The notes below the pieces were generated by a model. That model worked only from the letters and a program-made list of their open reading frames with translations. It was not told where the DNA came from and made no database searches. A stretch of DNA of 64,000 bases from a virus. The stretch lies in IMG/VR virus record IMGVR_UViG_3300021963_000086, positions 15,270-79,269 of that record, one strand, 5' to 3'. Every line of letters begins with the position of its first letter. Within the stretch, counting starts at the first letter, position 1. The position numbers were made by a program, and so were the translations under genes. Below, piece by piece: positions 9,274-20,800 of this stretch.

Positions 9274-10123
9274 AGATCTCTTTGTTCTCTAAGGCAGACA
9301 CAAAGATCTTAAACACATTAACGGCATCAGCAGTAGCTAGTACTTTGTCGCCGTTAACGTATGCTCGAGATTTTTGGAATTTAGCATCTAGTCCGTTTTT
9401 AACACAAACATCAGTAAACGATTTTCTAAAGGTCGGCGTATCTGATTTACCAGCATGCCAAATGTCAACAAAGTAGCCTTCGGTTTTGTAAGGTACAATA
9501 CCAACGTTCATACCAGTATTGCCTACGTTATTTTTGCTACAGTATCGACCTGTTACGTTAGTAAATAATCCGCTGTTGTCATTAAACAACTGTTGTAGAT
9601 GATCTGCTTTGTTTTGGTCAATTTCATTTACAGTAGCACTCTTACGTACAACTTTCTTATCGGCAAGTTGAGTAGGACGAATAAGAGGGACAAATTCGCA
9701 ATGCAGATCTTTTGCCGTTTGGAAGATTAAAACACTTACTAATGTAACACGCAATGGTGTATTCTCGTTGACCCATTTAACATAACCTTTGATATGTTCG
9801 TCGGCATCTTCGCATATAAGGACTCCGTCGTCACATTTTTTATCATACATGTAATAGGTAATTTTACTAGCATGAACGGCATCTAGCCACCCAGATGCAT
9901 CTTGACTTTCAACGCATAATACTATTTCGTCATCGCTGTCACGAATAACAAGGTCTACTCGTTTACTGTGGCTTGTGTGTTCTTCTGGGGTGACTTTATA
10001 TCCGTCTTCGTAGGACAAATCAAGGGCATTAAGTAATCGAGTAGATGTTTCGGGATTGTTAGCGATAAACTTTGTAAATGCTACTTCGCCCCCAAAGCCA
10101 TCTTTAATGTTAGTACGTTTCAT
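9266..10123 (-). CDS. Putative PD-(D/E)xK-fold nuclease (NucS/DUF4268-associated-like)
   Basis: 'E..FT.FI...PEE...RVDLVI...VLCVESQ...DAVH..KI.YY' restriction-fold pattern. Confidence 0.55.
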   Translation of the reverse strand: MKRTNIKDGFGGEVAFTKFIANNPETSTRLLNALDLSYEDGYKVTPEEHTSHSKRVDLVIRDSDDEIVLCVESQDASGWLDAVHASKITYYMYDKKCDDGVLICEDADEHIKGYVKWVNENTPLRVTLVSVLIFQTAKDLHCEFVPLIRPTQLADKKVVRKSATVNEIDQNKADHLQQLFNDNSGLFTNVTGRYCSKNNVGNTGMNVGIVPYKTEGYFVDIWHAGKSDTPTFRKSFTDVCVKNGLDAKFQKSRAYVNGDKVLATADAVNVFKIFVSALENKEIYE

Positions 10124-10506
10124 GATTTACCTTTCATACGATTGAAGTCACCATTTAGCTGTCCTTTTAGTTTGTGACAAATAGGACATAGTTCTTCTAA
10201 ATTAGACGGGTCATTGTTATTTCTGTCTCGATCCTTATGATCGATTTCTGTCATCCCCTTGGCCCACTCTGGAATTTTAGAATAGTCAAGGGGGCATGGG
10301 AAATTTAGATGACCGTCGGTGTTACTACACTTACCGGTTTTAAAAGGAGTTACCCCTGCGGCATGGGGGTATTTTCCGTAGCTTGCGGCTTGACAATGCC
10401 CGCAATGAATGCGATAGCGTTTATTGCCTTGCTCGTCTTTACCGGAATATGTAACAGGTTTGTCACATCCGTAGTTGATACAAGTTGGACGAATTTCTGT
10501 TGTCAT
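10120..10506 (-). CDS. HNH endonuclease with Cys-rich N-terminus
   Basis: 'EIDHKDRDRNNNDPSNLEELCPICHKLK'; start re-assigned to MTTEIRP. Confidence 0.8.
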   Translation of the reverse strand: MTTEIRPTCINYGCDKPVTYSGKDEQGNKRYRIHCGHCQAASYGKYPHAAGVTPFKTGKCSNTDGHLNFPCPLDYSKIPEWAKGMTEIDHKDRDRNNNDPSNLEELCPICHKLKGQLNGDFNRMKGKS

Positions 10507-10507
10507 A

Positions 10508-10894
10508 TTATCTCCGCATACTTGAAATTTCCACGGCTTGCTCATCGGTAAAGATGGGTACAGCATTTGACTTGTGCATTGTACCGATACCTTTTATAGC
10601 AGTACCGGTATAGACTTTGTCTGGTGACTTGAGACAAGGGCTCATGTCTGCAGGATCTCGACTAGGGATTTTTGGTCCTGTATCACGAATGTATGTTTTG
10701 GGTGTAGACAGTAAAGGAGCAGTTAGGGCTTGCTTGCGCTTCTTTTCTTCTTTAATTCCGTGGGCGTTTTTAATGCGTTCCCATGACTCTGCAAGCTCGC
10801 GAGATTTACGTGCTTCTTCAGCATTTTTGAACTTTTTCTTACCTTTTTTCTTGCCCGTAGTACTGAGCCAAGGACCCTCTAAGTGCATAGACAT
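10508..10894 (-). CDS. Conserved basic phage protein
   Basis: 'KVYTGT..KGIGTMHKSNAVPIF...A.EISSMRR' motif seen in T4-like phages; GGAGG RBS. Confidence 0.75.
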   Translation of the reverse strand: MSMHLEGPWLSTTGKKKGKKKFKNAEEARKSRELAESWERIKNAHGIKEEKKRKQALTAPLLSTPKTYIRDTGPKIPSRDPADMSPCLKSPDKVYTGTAIKGIGTMHKSNAVPIFTDEQAVEISSMRR

Positions 10895-10930
10895 AGTGCA
10901 AAAACCTCCAAAATTAACACCAATAAATAT

Positions 10931-10959
10931 AGTATAACATCAAATTTTTAATTTGTCAA
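10931..10959 (-). promoter_or_regulatory. sigma70 promoter
   Basis: TTGACA-17 bp-TATACT; overlaps a divergent plus-strand TAAATA at 10924-10929. Confidence 0.7.
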
Positions 10960-10960
10960 G

Positions 10961-11191
10961 ATGGAAAATCCTCAAGGATATCAATGTGATGCAACAGACT
11001 GCGGCATTATTATTAAAGCCGACGGTCGGGTTGAACTGGTTTATCCTGTAGATTCTACAGGGACATCGGTGCCACAGCACGTAATGGTTTTTAAGAAAAT
11101 GGTAGAATTAGTAAACGAACATATTTTACACGAAGATGAAATAACTGAGTTAACAGATTCTATTAGATCTTCCGATCGAACTTTGCATTAA
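10961..11191 (+). CDS. Hypothetical protein
   Basis: 76-aa ORF downstream of TAAATA. Confidence 0.55.
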   Translation: MENPQGYQCDATDCGIIIKADGRVELVYPVDSTGTSVPQHVMVFKKMVELVNEHILHEDEITELTDSIRSSDRTLH

Positions 11192-11212
11192 AATATAAGA
11201 TAATTTTACTGG

Positions 11213-11218
11213 TAAATA
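11213..11218 (+). promoter_or_regulatory. Putative T4-type late promoter (TAAATA)
   Basis: GGTAAATA just upstream of gp25; same 8-mer precedes the gene at 23885. Confidence 0.5.
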
Positions 11219-11224
11219 TGGTAT

Positions 11225-11593
11225 ATGGCTAAGTTTAGATACAAAGGTTTTTCAACATTAACAGCAGGTAATAGACTGTATGATATTTCATTAGCAAAAC
11301 AAGACCTGTTGAATCAAATTATGACTAAAAAAGGCGAGCGTGTAATGGCTCCTGAATTTGGTTGTATCGTATGGGACTATTTGTTTGATCCGTTAACGCC
11401 TGCCATACAAAAAGTTATTAGGGATGACATAATTCGTATTGTTTCAGAAGATGTTAGATTTTCTACCATTAGTATTGACCTAACTGAACAAAACAGTGGA
11501 TTTACGTTAACTATTAACCTACTATATATTCCTGAGGATTTGACTGATATGTTAGTTGTAGAATTTGATAAAACAAGAAGTGAGGCTAGATAA
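11225..11593 (+). CDS. Baseplate wedge protein, gp25-like
   Basis: 'KQDLLNQIMTKKGERVMAPEFG..VWDYLFDP...DVRF'. Confidence 0.9.
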   Translation: MAKFRYKGFSTLTAGNRLYDISLAKQDLLNQIMTKKGERVMAPEFGCIVWDYLFDPLTPAIQKVIRDDIIRIVSEDVRFSTISIDLTEQNSGFTLTINLLYIPEDLTDMLVVEFDKTRSEAR

Positions 11594-14500
11594 TGGCACA
11601 GGCTCAAAGACAAGATAACCTGTTTGCGGCAGAGGACTGGAAAGCAGTTTATCAAAGTTTCCGTAATGCTGATTTTAAGGCATACGACTTTGATACTCTA
11701 CGTGACGCAATGATCTCCTATGTGAGATTAAACTATCCTGAAGATTTCAACGACTGGATCCAGTCCAGTGAATTCGTTGCGCTCATTGACTTGGTTGCAT
11801 TCCTAGGACAAAACTTAGCATTCCGTATTGATCTAAATAGCCGCGAAAACTTTATTGATACAGCAGAACGTAAAGAAAGTATTTTACGTCTAGCACGTTT
11901 CCTAAGCTACAACCCTAAACGTAACTTGGCCGCATCTGGCTTATTAAAAATTAAATCAATCAAAACAACAGAAAATATATTAGACAGTCAAGGTAACAAT
12001 CTAAGTAACAAGGTGATTCAATGGGGTGGTGCAAACGATCCTGAGAGTTTTGAAAAATTTGTTGCAGTAATCAATGCGGCATTACCTGTTAACCACTTAT
12101 TTGGTAGTCCTGTTAAGTCAGGTAATGTTTCGGGAGTAACAACGCAACTGTATAATTTAAATTCCGTACCGGGCAACCAAGTTACTGTTTCATTCAGTGC
12201 AACCGTTGGCGGTGCTGAGGATAACTTTGAAATCTGTAACAGCGACTTTGAAGATTTAGCTTACTATAAAGAAGCTAATCCAGATCCTTTTGCACCTTGG
12301 AATATTATCTATCGTAATGATGGTAGAGGTAATACTAGCGTTAATACCGGTTTCTTTGTACTGTTCAAACAAGGTACATTAAACAAAAAAGATTTTTATA
12401 TTACAGATTACGTTGAGAATCGTGTAGTAGATATTGACACCTCAATGATCAACGAAAATGATGTACATGTTCAAAAAATTAACGACAATGGTACATTAGT
12501 AGAAACATGGACCAAAGTTCCTAATCTAGTTGGTAACAACATTATCTATAATAACATTGAACAAGGTCAACGTAAAGTTTATTCTGTAATAACTAGAGAA
12601 AACGACCAAATAAGTATCAAGTTTGGCGATGGATTATTCAGTGACGTTCCACGCGGCATTTTCCGCGTATGGTCTCGTTCAAGCAACGGCCAAACGTATA
12701 TGATTCGCCCAGATGATATGAAAAATATCACTTGGGATATTCAGTATTTTGACAAGGGTGGCCGTCAGCAGAGTATTACATTTACTGCCGACTTAGAAAT
12801 CCCTGTCAACAATAGTACTCCTACAGAAAGTCTAACTAGTATCCGAGAAAATGCTCCTAATGTATATTACAGCCAAGATCGCATGGTTACTGCACAAGAC
12901 TATACAGTATATCCTGTTACACAAAACAGCAACGTCCTAAAGATTAAAGCAGTTAATAGAGTACACAGTGGATTTAGCAGGTATCAAAATATTGTTGATC
13001 CGACGGGCACTTATCAAAGTGTAGACATCTTTACTGATGATATGTATATCTATAAAGAGAACACATACAATACTACATTCAAAACTGTTAACCAAGGTTT
13101 CTTTGTTAGAGATTTAATAGTTCAAGCTATCGAAGGATTGTTAATTAACTCTGAAGTATTGAACTTGTACTACGACAATTACCCTGCTATAGATATTAGT
13201 ACTAATGACGCAAGTATCCCTGGACAAAATCTAGAATACGTTGAATGGAAGCGACAAACAGTTGGCTACGGAGTTTCTACCGGTTACTGGTCACGCAACG
13301 GAAAGCCTATCAAAGTTGGCAAAGCAACCACAGGCAAAGATAGACAACTACAACCTGGCGCAGTTGCTGAAGTAATTTATGCTCCGTACGACAATACAGC
13401 TAAAATCGAATGGGTTGGCATTAGTAGCGTATATGGCAACGGCCTAGGCTTAGATACTTCTGAAGGTCAAAGCACTGGTCTAAAAGCAGACGGTACAGGT
13501 GTTATTGCCCTTAATAAAACTATTACCAGTGGCGCCCGCATAAGACGATTAATTCCAACATTTAAACAACAGTTTGGACCTGCAGAATATGATGCAATTA
13601 AAAATAACTTAGACCAACGAAACACTTTTGCTATTCGTTATGACTATAACACTCAAACATATAAAGTTGTAAACGTTAATGACATTGGAGTTAATCAGTT
13701 TTTTGGATTAGCCAATGCTGGTAATGCAGAAGGATTATTCAAAGATAATAGTTGGATGATTAAGGTTGCATATCAAGACGGACAATACGTGTTGACCAGT
13801 AAGGTAGTGCGATACATTATAGGTAGCGAAGCAAAAATACGTTTCTTTAACGAAAACTTTAGAAAAACGTTTGATGCAAAAATGAAAAAGATAGAAAAAG
13901 ATACTATTAGTATTCTTAGCATTAATCCACCGCCTGGTTTGCAAGTACCGTTCTATTCAAAAGACTTTAAGTTTAAAACCGATAGATATTACAAATACAG
14001 CGACGGCTGGACAGATAACACTAAGATTGTTGTTGGCATTGCTGACGATAACAGTGATTATATGCCGGACGATCCTTACGCATTCAAGAAGCTAGTAGAA
14101 ACCGGAACCATTTATCTATCACCAGTTACAGTTAACGGCATTACTTATGCAACACCAAATAATACTAATACAGGAACTCAGTACAGTGGCCGTAAGGGAC
14201 TAAAAGCTCATTGGCACCACGTTGCAGAAACAGATCAGCGTATTGATCCTGCACAAGTAAACATTATTGATATTTTTGTGTTGACACAAAATTATGAAAC
14301 AGATTTCCGTAGATGGGTTAAGAACGGTGCAATAGAAGCAACAAGACCACAACCACCTACTCCGGCAACACTATATGCAGACTTTGCGGACTTAGAGCGA
14401 GTTAAAACTTCTAGTGATACAATCGTATTCCGTCCAGCAAAGTACAAGTTACTGTTTGGTCAAGGTGCAGATGCAAGTCTACAAGCTAAGTTTAAAGTAA

Positions 14501-14820
14501 TTAAGATGCCTGGTACTAGCAGAACAGACAATGAGATTCGTTCTAAGGTACTAGCCGCTGTTGAAAGCTTCTTTGATATTAAGAATTGGACATTTGGCGA
14601 GACATTTTATTTTACAGAATTAGCCGCATATATACATACACAGTTAGCTGGTGCAATTAGTTCTGTGGTATTAGTACCACAAGGTAGTTATTCTAGTTTT
14701 GGCGACTTATTTCAAGTAGGAGCCGCAGTTGATGAACTGTTTGCCAGTTGTGCAACAGTAGATGATATTCAAATTATCAGTCAAATTAGCGACATTGCAA
14801 TTAAGCAAATAAAGGCATAA
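11593..14820 (+). CDS. Baseplate wedge protein, gp6-like
   Basis: 'DFDTLR...FNDW..SSEFVALID...LAFRIDLNSRENFIDTAERKESILRLARFLSYNPKR', 'IKFGDG', 'QDRMVTAQDY'. Confidence 0.9.
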   Translation: MAQAQRQDNLFAAEDWKAVYQSFRNADFKAYDFDTLRDAMISYVRLNYPEDFNDWIQSSEFVALIDLVAFLGQNLAFRIDLNSRENFIDTAERKESILRLARFLSYNPKRNLAASGLLKIKSIKTTENILDSQGNNLSNKVIQWGGANDPESFEKFVAVINAALPVNHLFGSPVKSGNVSGVTTQLYNLNSVPGNQVTVSFSATVGGAEDNFEICNSDFEDLAYYKEANPDPFAPWNIIYRNDGRGNTSVNTGFFVLFKQGTLNKKDFYITDYVENRVVDIDTSMINENDVHVQKINDNGTLVETWTKVPNLVGNNIIYNNIEQGQRKVYSVITRENDQISIKFGDGLFSDVPRGIFRVWSRSSNGQTYMIRPDDMKNITWDIQYFDKGGRQQSITFTADLEIPVNNSTPTESLTSIRENAPNVYYSQDRMVTAQDYTVYPVTQNSNVLKIKAVNRVHSGFSRYQNIVDPTGTYQSVDIFTDDMYIYKENTYNTTFKTVNQGFFVRDLIVQAIEGLLINSEVLNLYYDNYPAIDISTNDASIPGQNLEYVEWKRQTVGYGVSTGYWSRNGKPIKVGKATTGKDRQLQPGAVAEVIYAPYDNTAKIEWVGISSVYGNGLGLDTSEGQSTGLKADGTGVIALNKTITSGARIRRLIPTFKQQFGPAEYDAIKNNLDQRNTFAIRYDYNTQTYKVVNVNDIGVNQFFGLANAGNAEGLFKDNSWMIKVAYQDGQYVLTSKVVRYIIGSEAKIRFFNENFRKTFDAKMKKIEKDTISILSINPPPGLQVPFYSKDFKFKTDRYYKYSDGWTDNTKIVVGIADDNSDYMPDDPYAFKKLVETGTIYLSPVTVNGITYATPNNTNTGTQYSGRKGLKAHWHHVAETDQRIDPAQVNIIDIFVLTQNYETDFRRWVKNGAIEATRPQPPTPATLYADFADLERVKTSSDTIVFRPAKYKLLFGQGADASLQAKFKVIKMPGTSRTDNEIRSKVLAAVESFFDIKNWTFGETFYFTELAAYIHTQLAGAISSVVLVPQGSYSSFGDLFQVGAAVDELFASCATVDDIQIISQISDIAIKQIKA

Positions 14821-14825
14821 GATAG

Positions 14826-17800
14826 ATGGACAACAATCGTTTTTCAGCTACTCCAGTAGTACCCGTTAATAATACAGTACCTGGGGAAGGCTCAGGTAAA
14901 GTTGTAGATACAGTATCTAGTAATTTCTTGCCTCAATACTATAAAACAGACGGAAATGTAAAATTTTTAAGAAACACTTTAGATCAGTTAATTAGTAAAG
15001 GTGCTCAAGAACAAGTTAACTTATATGTTGGTAAAAAAAGCGGAACAGTTTATAAACCGGCCACTGATTTTTATTTAAAAGAATCAAGACAAGACCGTTC
15101 TGACTATCAATTAGAAGTAGGTATAGTAACAAAGGATGCCGATGATAACATCACATCTACATTAACCTATGACGATATCATTCAAGAGCTTAAAGTAAAC
15201 TGGCCGCTAACTAAACCTGATCAATTTGATAGCGAATATTACAGCTATACTCCTCCTGTAGACTATGATAAATTTGTTAACTTTACTAGCTACAATTGGA
15301 TGAAATTAGGCCTTCCTGGCATTATGATCGAAGGCGACATTAATATTGAAACAGACATCATTGGCAAAATTAACTATACTACGCCGGTGCAACGCAACGG
15401 AAAAACTATAACGTTCCAGAACGGGATGAAAGTCTATTTTATTAACAATGGAGCAGATCCCCAAGGTTTAGTTATTCCAAATTGGTACGTAAGCGAAAAG
15501 AATCCTGTAATTACTAATGAAGACGGAAATCCGTTGCTGACCCAAGACGGTGCAGAACTAATGAGCACCAACGAAGATGCCGAGCCTACGTATTTTATTG
15601 TAGAGGGTGTTGGCGAATCTATTATGCTTATACCTGCAGAGTACATGGATGCACGTATCCCAGGTAGTTTAATGGCTCCAGTTCCATGGGATTCTGTACC
15701 ATGGGATCGCAAGAAATTTGATACTTCAGAGCCCGCGCCAGCAGAAAAAGAATATGTAGTAATACAAAGAGGTTCGGTCGACAAAAACGCATGGAGCCGA
15801 ATTAATAATTGGTATCATATTGATACAATTAAAGATGTATACAATTATTTAGGTCTTAACCACGCAGACTATGTTACCTTAGCTGATAGAGGTAATAGAC
15901 CTATTATTGAATTTAAGAAAGATACTCAACTATACAATGCAGGATCTTTCATGTCTGACATTCAAGCAGACTTTGTTTGGTACGGCGGAAAGATCAGCGA
16001 CTTTAGTTTAAAAACATCTGTTACAGTTGACGGCGTAGATGTATTCCCCGGCGCAAAAGTGTTATTCATTAATAGTCCTGAGCCGCAGTTAAACAATAAA
16101 TTAATTCGTTTGTATAAGATTACTGAAGGTACAGGTTTTTATTGGGAAGAAATCACAGAATCATGGCCTGCTCCAGAAGTAGGTCAAAAGTTGTTTATAC
16201 AAAATGGTACAGAGTACAAGTATCTAGAATTAACATGGAATGGTACTGACTGGTATGTTGGTCAAAATAAAATGACCAGAAATCAGCCACCGTTGTTTGT
16301 TATGTACGATGCAGAGGGTGTAAGATTAGACGACGAAATAAAATATCCAGACAACGATTTTAGAGGATCCTCGTTATTCCAATACACAGAAGGTAACTTC
16401 TACGACAAGGAACTTGGTCTAAATGTAATGTTAGAAAGCTCTAACTATGATATAGTATCAAACACTAGTCCTTTCTCTAAAACCTTTACTAACTTAACCT
16501 TTACAAATACTGCTTCTAATAGTAACTATTACAAAGGCAGTAAAGGTACTCGCGATGCTATACCGGGTAATTATTACTGGAAAACGGTAGATGGATTTAC
16601 TAATACTTCTAAGTACGAAAACGGTTGGGTACGTAATGCCGAACCTCCTAAAACATATCAACGTGTCGGCAAAATTGTAGAAGATGTAACTTCTCAAAAT
16701 AGTATTATTGTGCCGGCAGACTCTGGCGCATGGTATGTATTTGCGGCAACACTAAAAGAGGGAAAAATTAGATTCTATTCGTTAAGTAAAAACAATGAAT
16801 GGGAGTTGTTTGATTGGTCCACAAATACACTTACTCTTGCCGCAGGACAAGAATTCGTAATATACAATTATACAGGACAAGAATTCTTCAATGTAAAACT
16901 AAATGGATTGCTTCCACCTGGAGTTGCTAACGAAGGTAGTGTAGTATACGGTACACCGCAAGATGTAGGAATGTGGCAATACAGTACTGCCGGAATTTCT
17001 GGTTATATCAATATCATTGATCCTAAAACTGATACTAGAACATTTAAAGTTAGAGTCAATGGTAAGGACACTACTGATTACACAACTGAATTAGTTAACA
17101 ACTATACAGGATTACAAATTAATGTCACTGCTGATTTAGCAGTTAATGATTTAATTGAAGTATTGTTTGAATCAGCTACACCTGCAGGTTCATATGCTAT
17201 TCATAGCACCCTTGAGGCTAATCCTAATAATGAAAAAGTAGAACAGTTTACTTACAGTGATATACTAAGTCACTTTAAGAGTAAAATTACAAATCAGTCA
17301 AACTTTGAAGGAAGCGGCTACGGCTCAAATAACTATCACAAGTTATTTAGAGATACTGGTACTGGTTGGGTAGTTCAACAACAAGTACACCCAATGGTTA
17401 AGCTAGGTGTATTATTACGCAACAATGCAACATTACCTAATAACGTGTTACAATATGGCGCCGAACAAAATAAACTATTCCGTCAAAAGTTTATTAACAA
17501 ACTAACTAGCCTAGAGTCAACATTAGACGTTACTAGTAAAACTGCTAGAGAATTAGTGTACGAAAGTTTAATTGCTATTAATGTAGGTAAAAATAGAGAT
17601 TTTCCTTTTGCATTTAGCGATATGATCTACTATGTAGATTCTGATGCAAAGGTTATCAAGACATATACCGCAGAATCAGTATTAACATTTAGTTTAGGAA
17701 CAACCATTGACATTACTGATCCTTATAGAGATCATGTATATGTATATGCCAACGATGTTCAATTATTAATCGATAGAGATTACACATTAACCAACACTAG

Positions 17801-20800
17801 CGTTTCGATATTAACCAGTGTGCCTGTGGGAACATCAATTAAAATTATTGTTGCAAGTAATCTAGGAAATTGTTATGTTCCTGTTTCTACTGCTAAGTTG
17901 GGATTAACAGGAGTGTATACTCCTGAGTTATATTACGATGTTACCAATGATACAAACTTTATTATATGCCATGACGGTAGTATGATTGTTGCATTTGGTG
18001 ATTATAGAGACGATGTCATTTTAGAATTAGAAAAGAGTATCTATAACAATATATTCAGTAATTTTAGACATGAAAGAAATAAATGGCTAAAATATGAACC
18101 AGGGGCAATGAGAGTTACTAGATATAACAAGCAACAACGCTATAGTTATGTCGGCGACCGTTATAGATTATGGCGTTTACAAAATGGCGTAAACGATAAT
18201 AGTAATGCACAATTTTATAGAGAAGAAAATCCCTTTACCTGGAACTATCGTGCAGTAAGCGAGCACGGAAGTTGGAGAGACATGTATCGTTACATGTTTG
18301 ATACTGATCGCCCTCATACACATCCATGGGAAATGCTTGGCTTTACTAATAAACCTACATGGTGGGACACTTACTATGATTGGATCGATGGCGGCAAACG
18401 TGCGGCCTTATTAAATGCGTTAGCTATCGGTAACATTGCAGAGCCTCCTAGTATAAATGTTGATCTGCTTGTTCGTAGAGATATTACAAATATACCCGTA
18501 GACGAAAATGGAGAATTATTAGATCCAGTAACCGCAGGCATTTGTGAAGCTCCTAGTGCAGAGCAAGCTCAATATGATTGGGAATTTGGTGATATGGGCA
18601 ATCAGGAAATGACCTGGATTCGTAGCCCAGAATACGCATGGGCACAAAGTCAGTGGCATTATTCTGTACAGCCTAACGTCTGGGTAGAAGAATGCTGGGA
18701 GCCAGAGTCATCGGGCATTGACAGTTTTAACAGTCAACGCATTAATATTACCTTAAACCGTCGTACACGTAAAGAAGATTTATATTTCCATAGAGAATAC
18801 AATGACGGTACATTCCATGTACGTTATGGTTTCCAACATATTTTAGTTGAAAATCTATTGCAAGATAATATTGATTTGACTACTAATTTATATGATAAGA
18901 TTAGATATGCAACTCCTCAAGTAATGTTAAAACTAGGAGGGTTTGCAAACAAAACAAATCTAAGTTTCTTAGCCGATACATTAAAAGTACAACAAGGTAA
19001 TAACTTTATTCCTGAAGAAGATTATCACCTAAATTTACATAAAGGTTCTTCATATAGAGAATTCTTTTATAGTGGCGTTAAGGTTATATGGAACGGTGCA
19101 GGGTACGAAGTACAGGGATACAACTTAATTAATCCATTCTTCATTGTACAACAACCTAAGTCTACTACCAGATACAAAGAAATACTATATAACGGTATCA
19201 AAGTCAAGGAGGCAATAGATTGGGAAGCAACTCCTGCTATTGTCGAATATGGTACTGTTTTTGTAAGTAGACAAGCAGTATGGAATTTCTTGATAGGATA
19301 TGGCAATTGGTTAGCTGATCAAGGAATGGTATTCGAAGATTTAGATCCTGCACTTAACACCATTAGAGATTTCAACTTGGCCGCAAGACAGTTTTTATTC
19401 TGGAGCGAAAGTAAGTGGGATGCAGGTTATAGTATTATACTAAGCCCATGTGCTAATAAGATTATTGTTAAAAATGAAATAGGCTGGGCCGAAGATCTAA
19501 ACAGCACCATCAGAGGTTATTCAAACATCCTTGACAAAGATCAAGCAGTAATTCCTACATCTGCTATTAGATTTGAACGTACAGAAGATGGTAAGAATAT
19601 TATTTCTACTAGAGAAAACTATACAGGAATATATGGCTTACGTTTGCGTTTTAGTGAATTAGAACATGTTGTTGTTTTTGACAATCAAACTATATTCAAC
19701 GATGTGATCTTTGATCCTTTATATAGATTAAAACAATATCGCTTTAAGTTGATTGGAAGTCGTACCAGGGGCTGGACAGGAAGTCCTAAGGTTCCTGGTT
19801 ATATGGTTTATGGCAACAGTCTAATCAGTAACTTTGATAGAACTATCAGCGACATCAGCGATAGATATTTTAGTGTTGAAGGCTATACAGAAAACCAAAG
19901 TATAATTAATACAGCAAGACATAACATTGGCGTTCGTAATTTTGAATACTTAAACAACATTGTTCTTGACAAGACGGTTGCGTTTGAATTCCAACGAGGA
20001 ATGTTGCACCAAAAGGGTACTCCTAGTGCTTATGACAAACTGTTAAGAAGCAAAACTATTGATTCAAGTACATTAAGTAATACTAACTTAACTGTTAGTG
20101 AAGAATGGTTATTTAAGTTAGGCGACTTTGGTGGAACAGAAAACTGGCAAAGCTACGAACTTAAATTACGTCAGCGCGACATATTAGATTCTAATAAGCA
20201 ATTATTTAGACTAATTCCGTTGTACGATCCTGTTACAAAACTAACCAATAAAGATCTAGATACTGATAGAGTAATTGACATTGTACCTAGCGATACTCGT
20301 TGGGTCACCAAACCAGGGGTCAATAATCTAGCCTTTAGTACCAGACCAAAGAGTCAACTAACAGATACAATCACTGAAGTCATGTATGATGATTTGCCTA
20401 CTGTAGGATTTGTAAGATTAGATCAAGTTGATTATACAGTATCAACTGCATATGATTTATATACAGTTGATGTGTCGGCATTAACCGGTATTGCATACTG
20501 GGAACAAAATATAAACTACAAAGTAGGCGATACTATTCGTTATAATGGTTATGTGTATGTTGCAAGTCAAGATCATAATAGTAGTACATCTTTTGTCTTA
20601 TCTAATTGGACTATTAGTGTAGAACCTACTTTACCTTCTATATTGATTGGTAACTATACTAATGGATCTTGGCAAGTATTACGTGCTCAGGATCGTCGGT
20701 TATCTATTATAGGAATAGAAACATACACTGGTACTACATCAGGTAATACAGTATATCCTACAACGCCTAGTCTAGTTACATTTAACTATGATCATAACCT

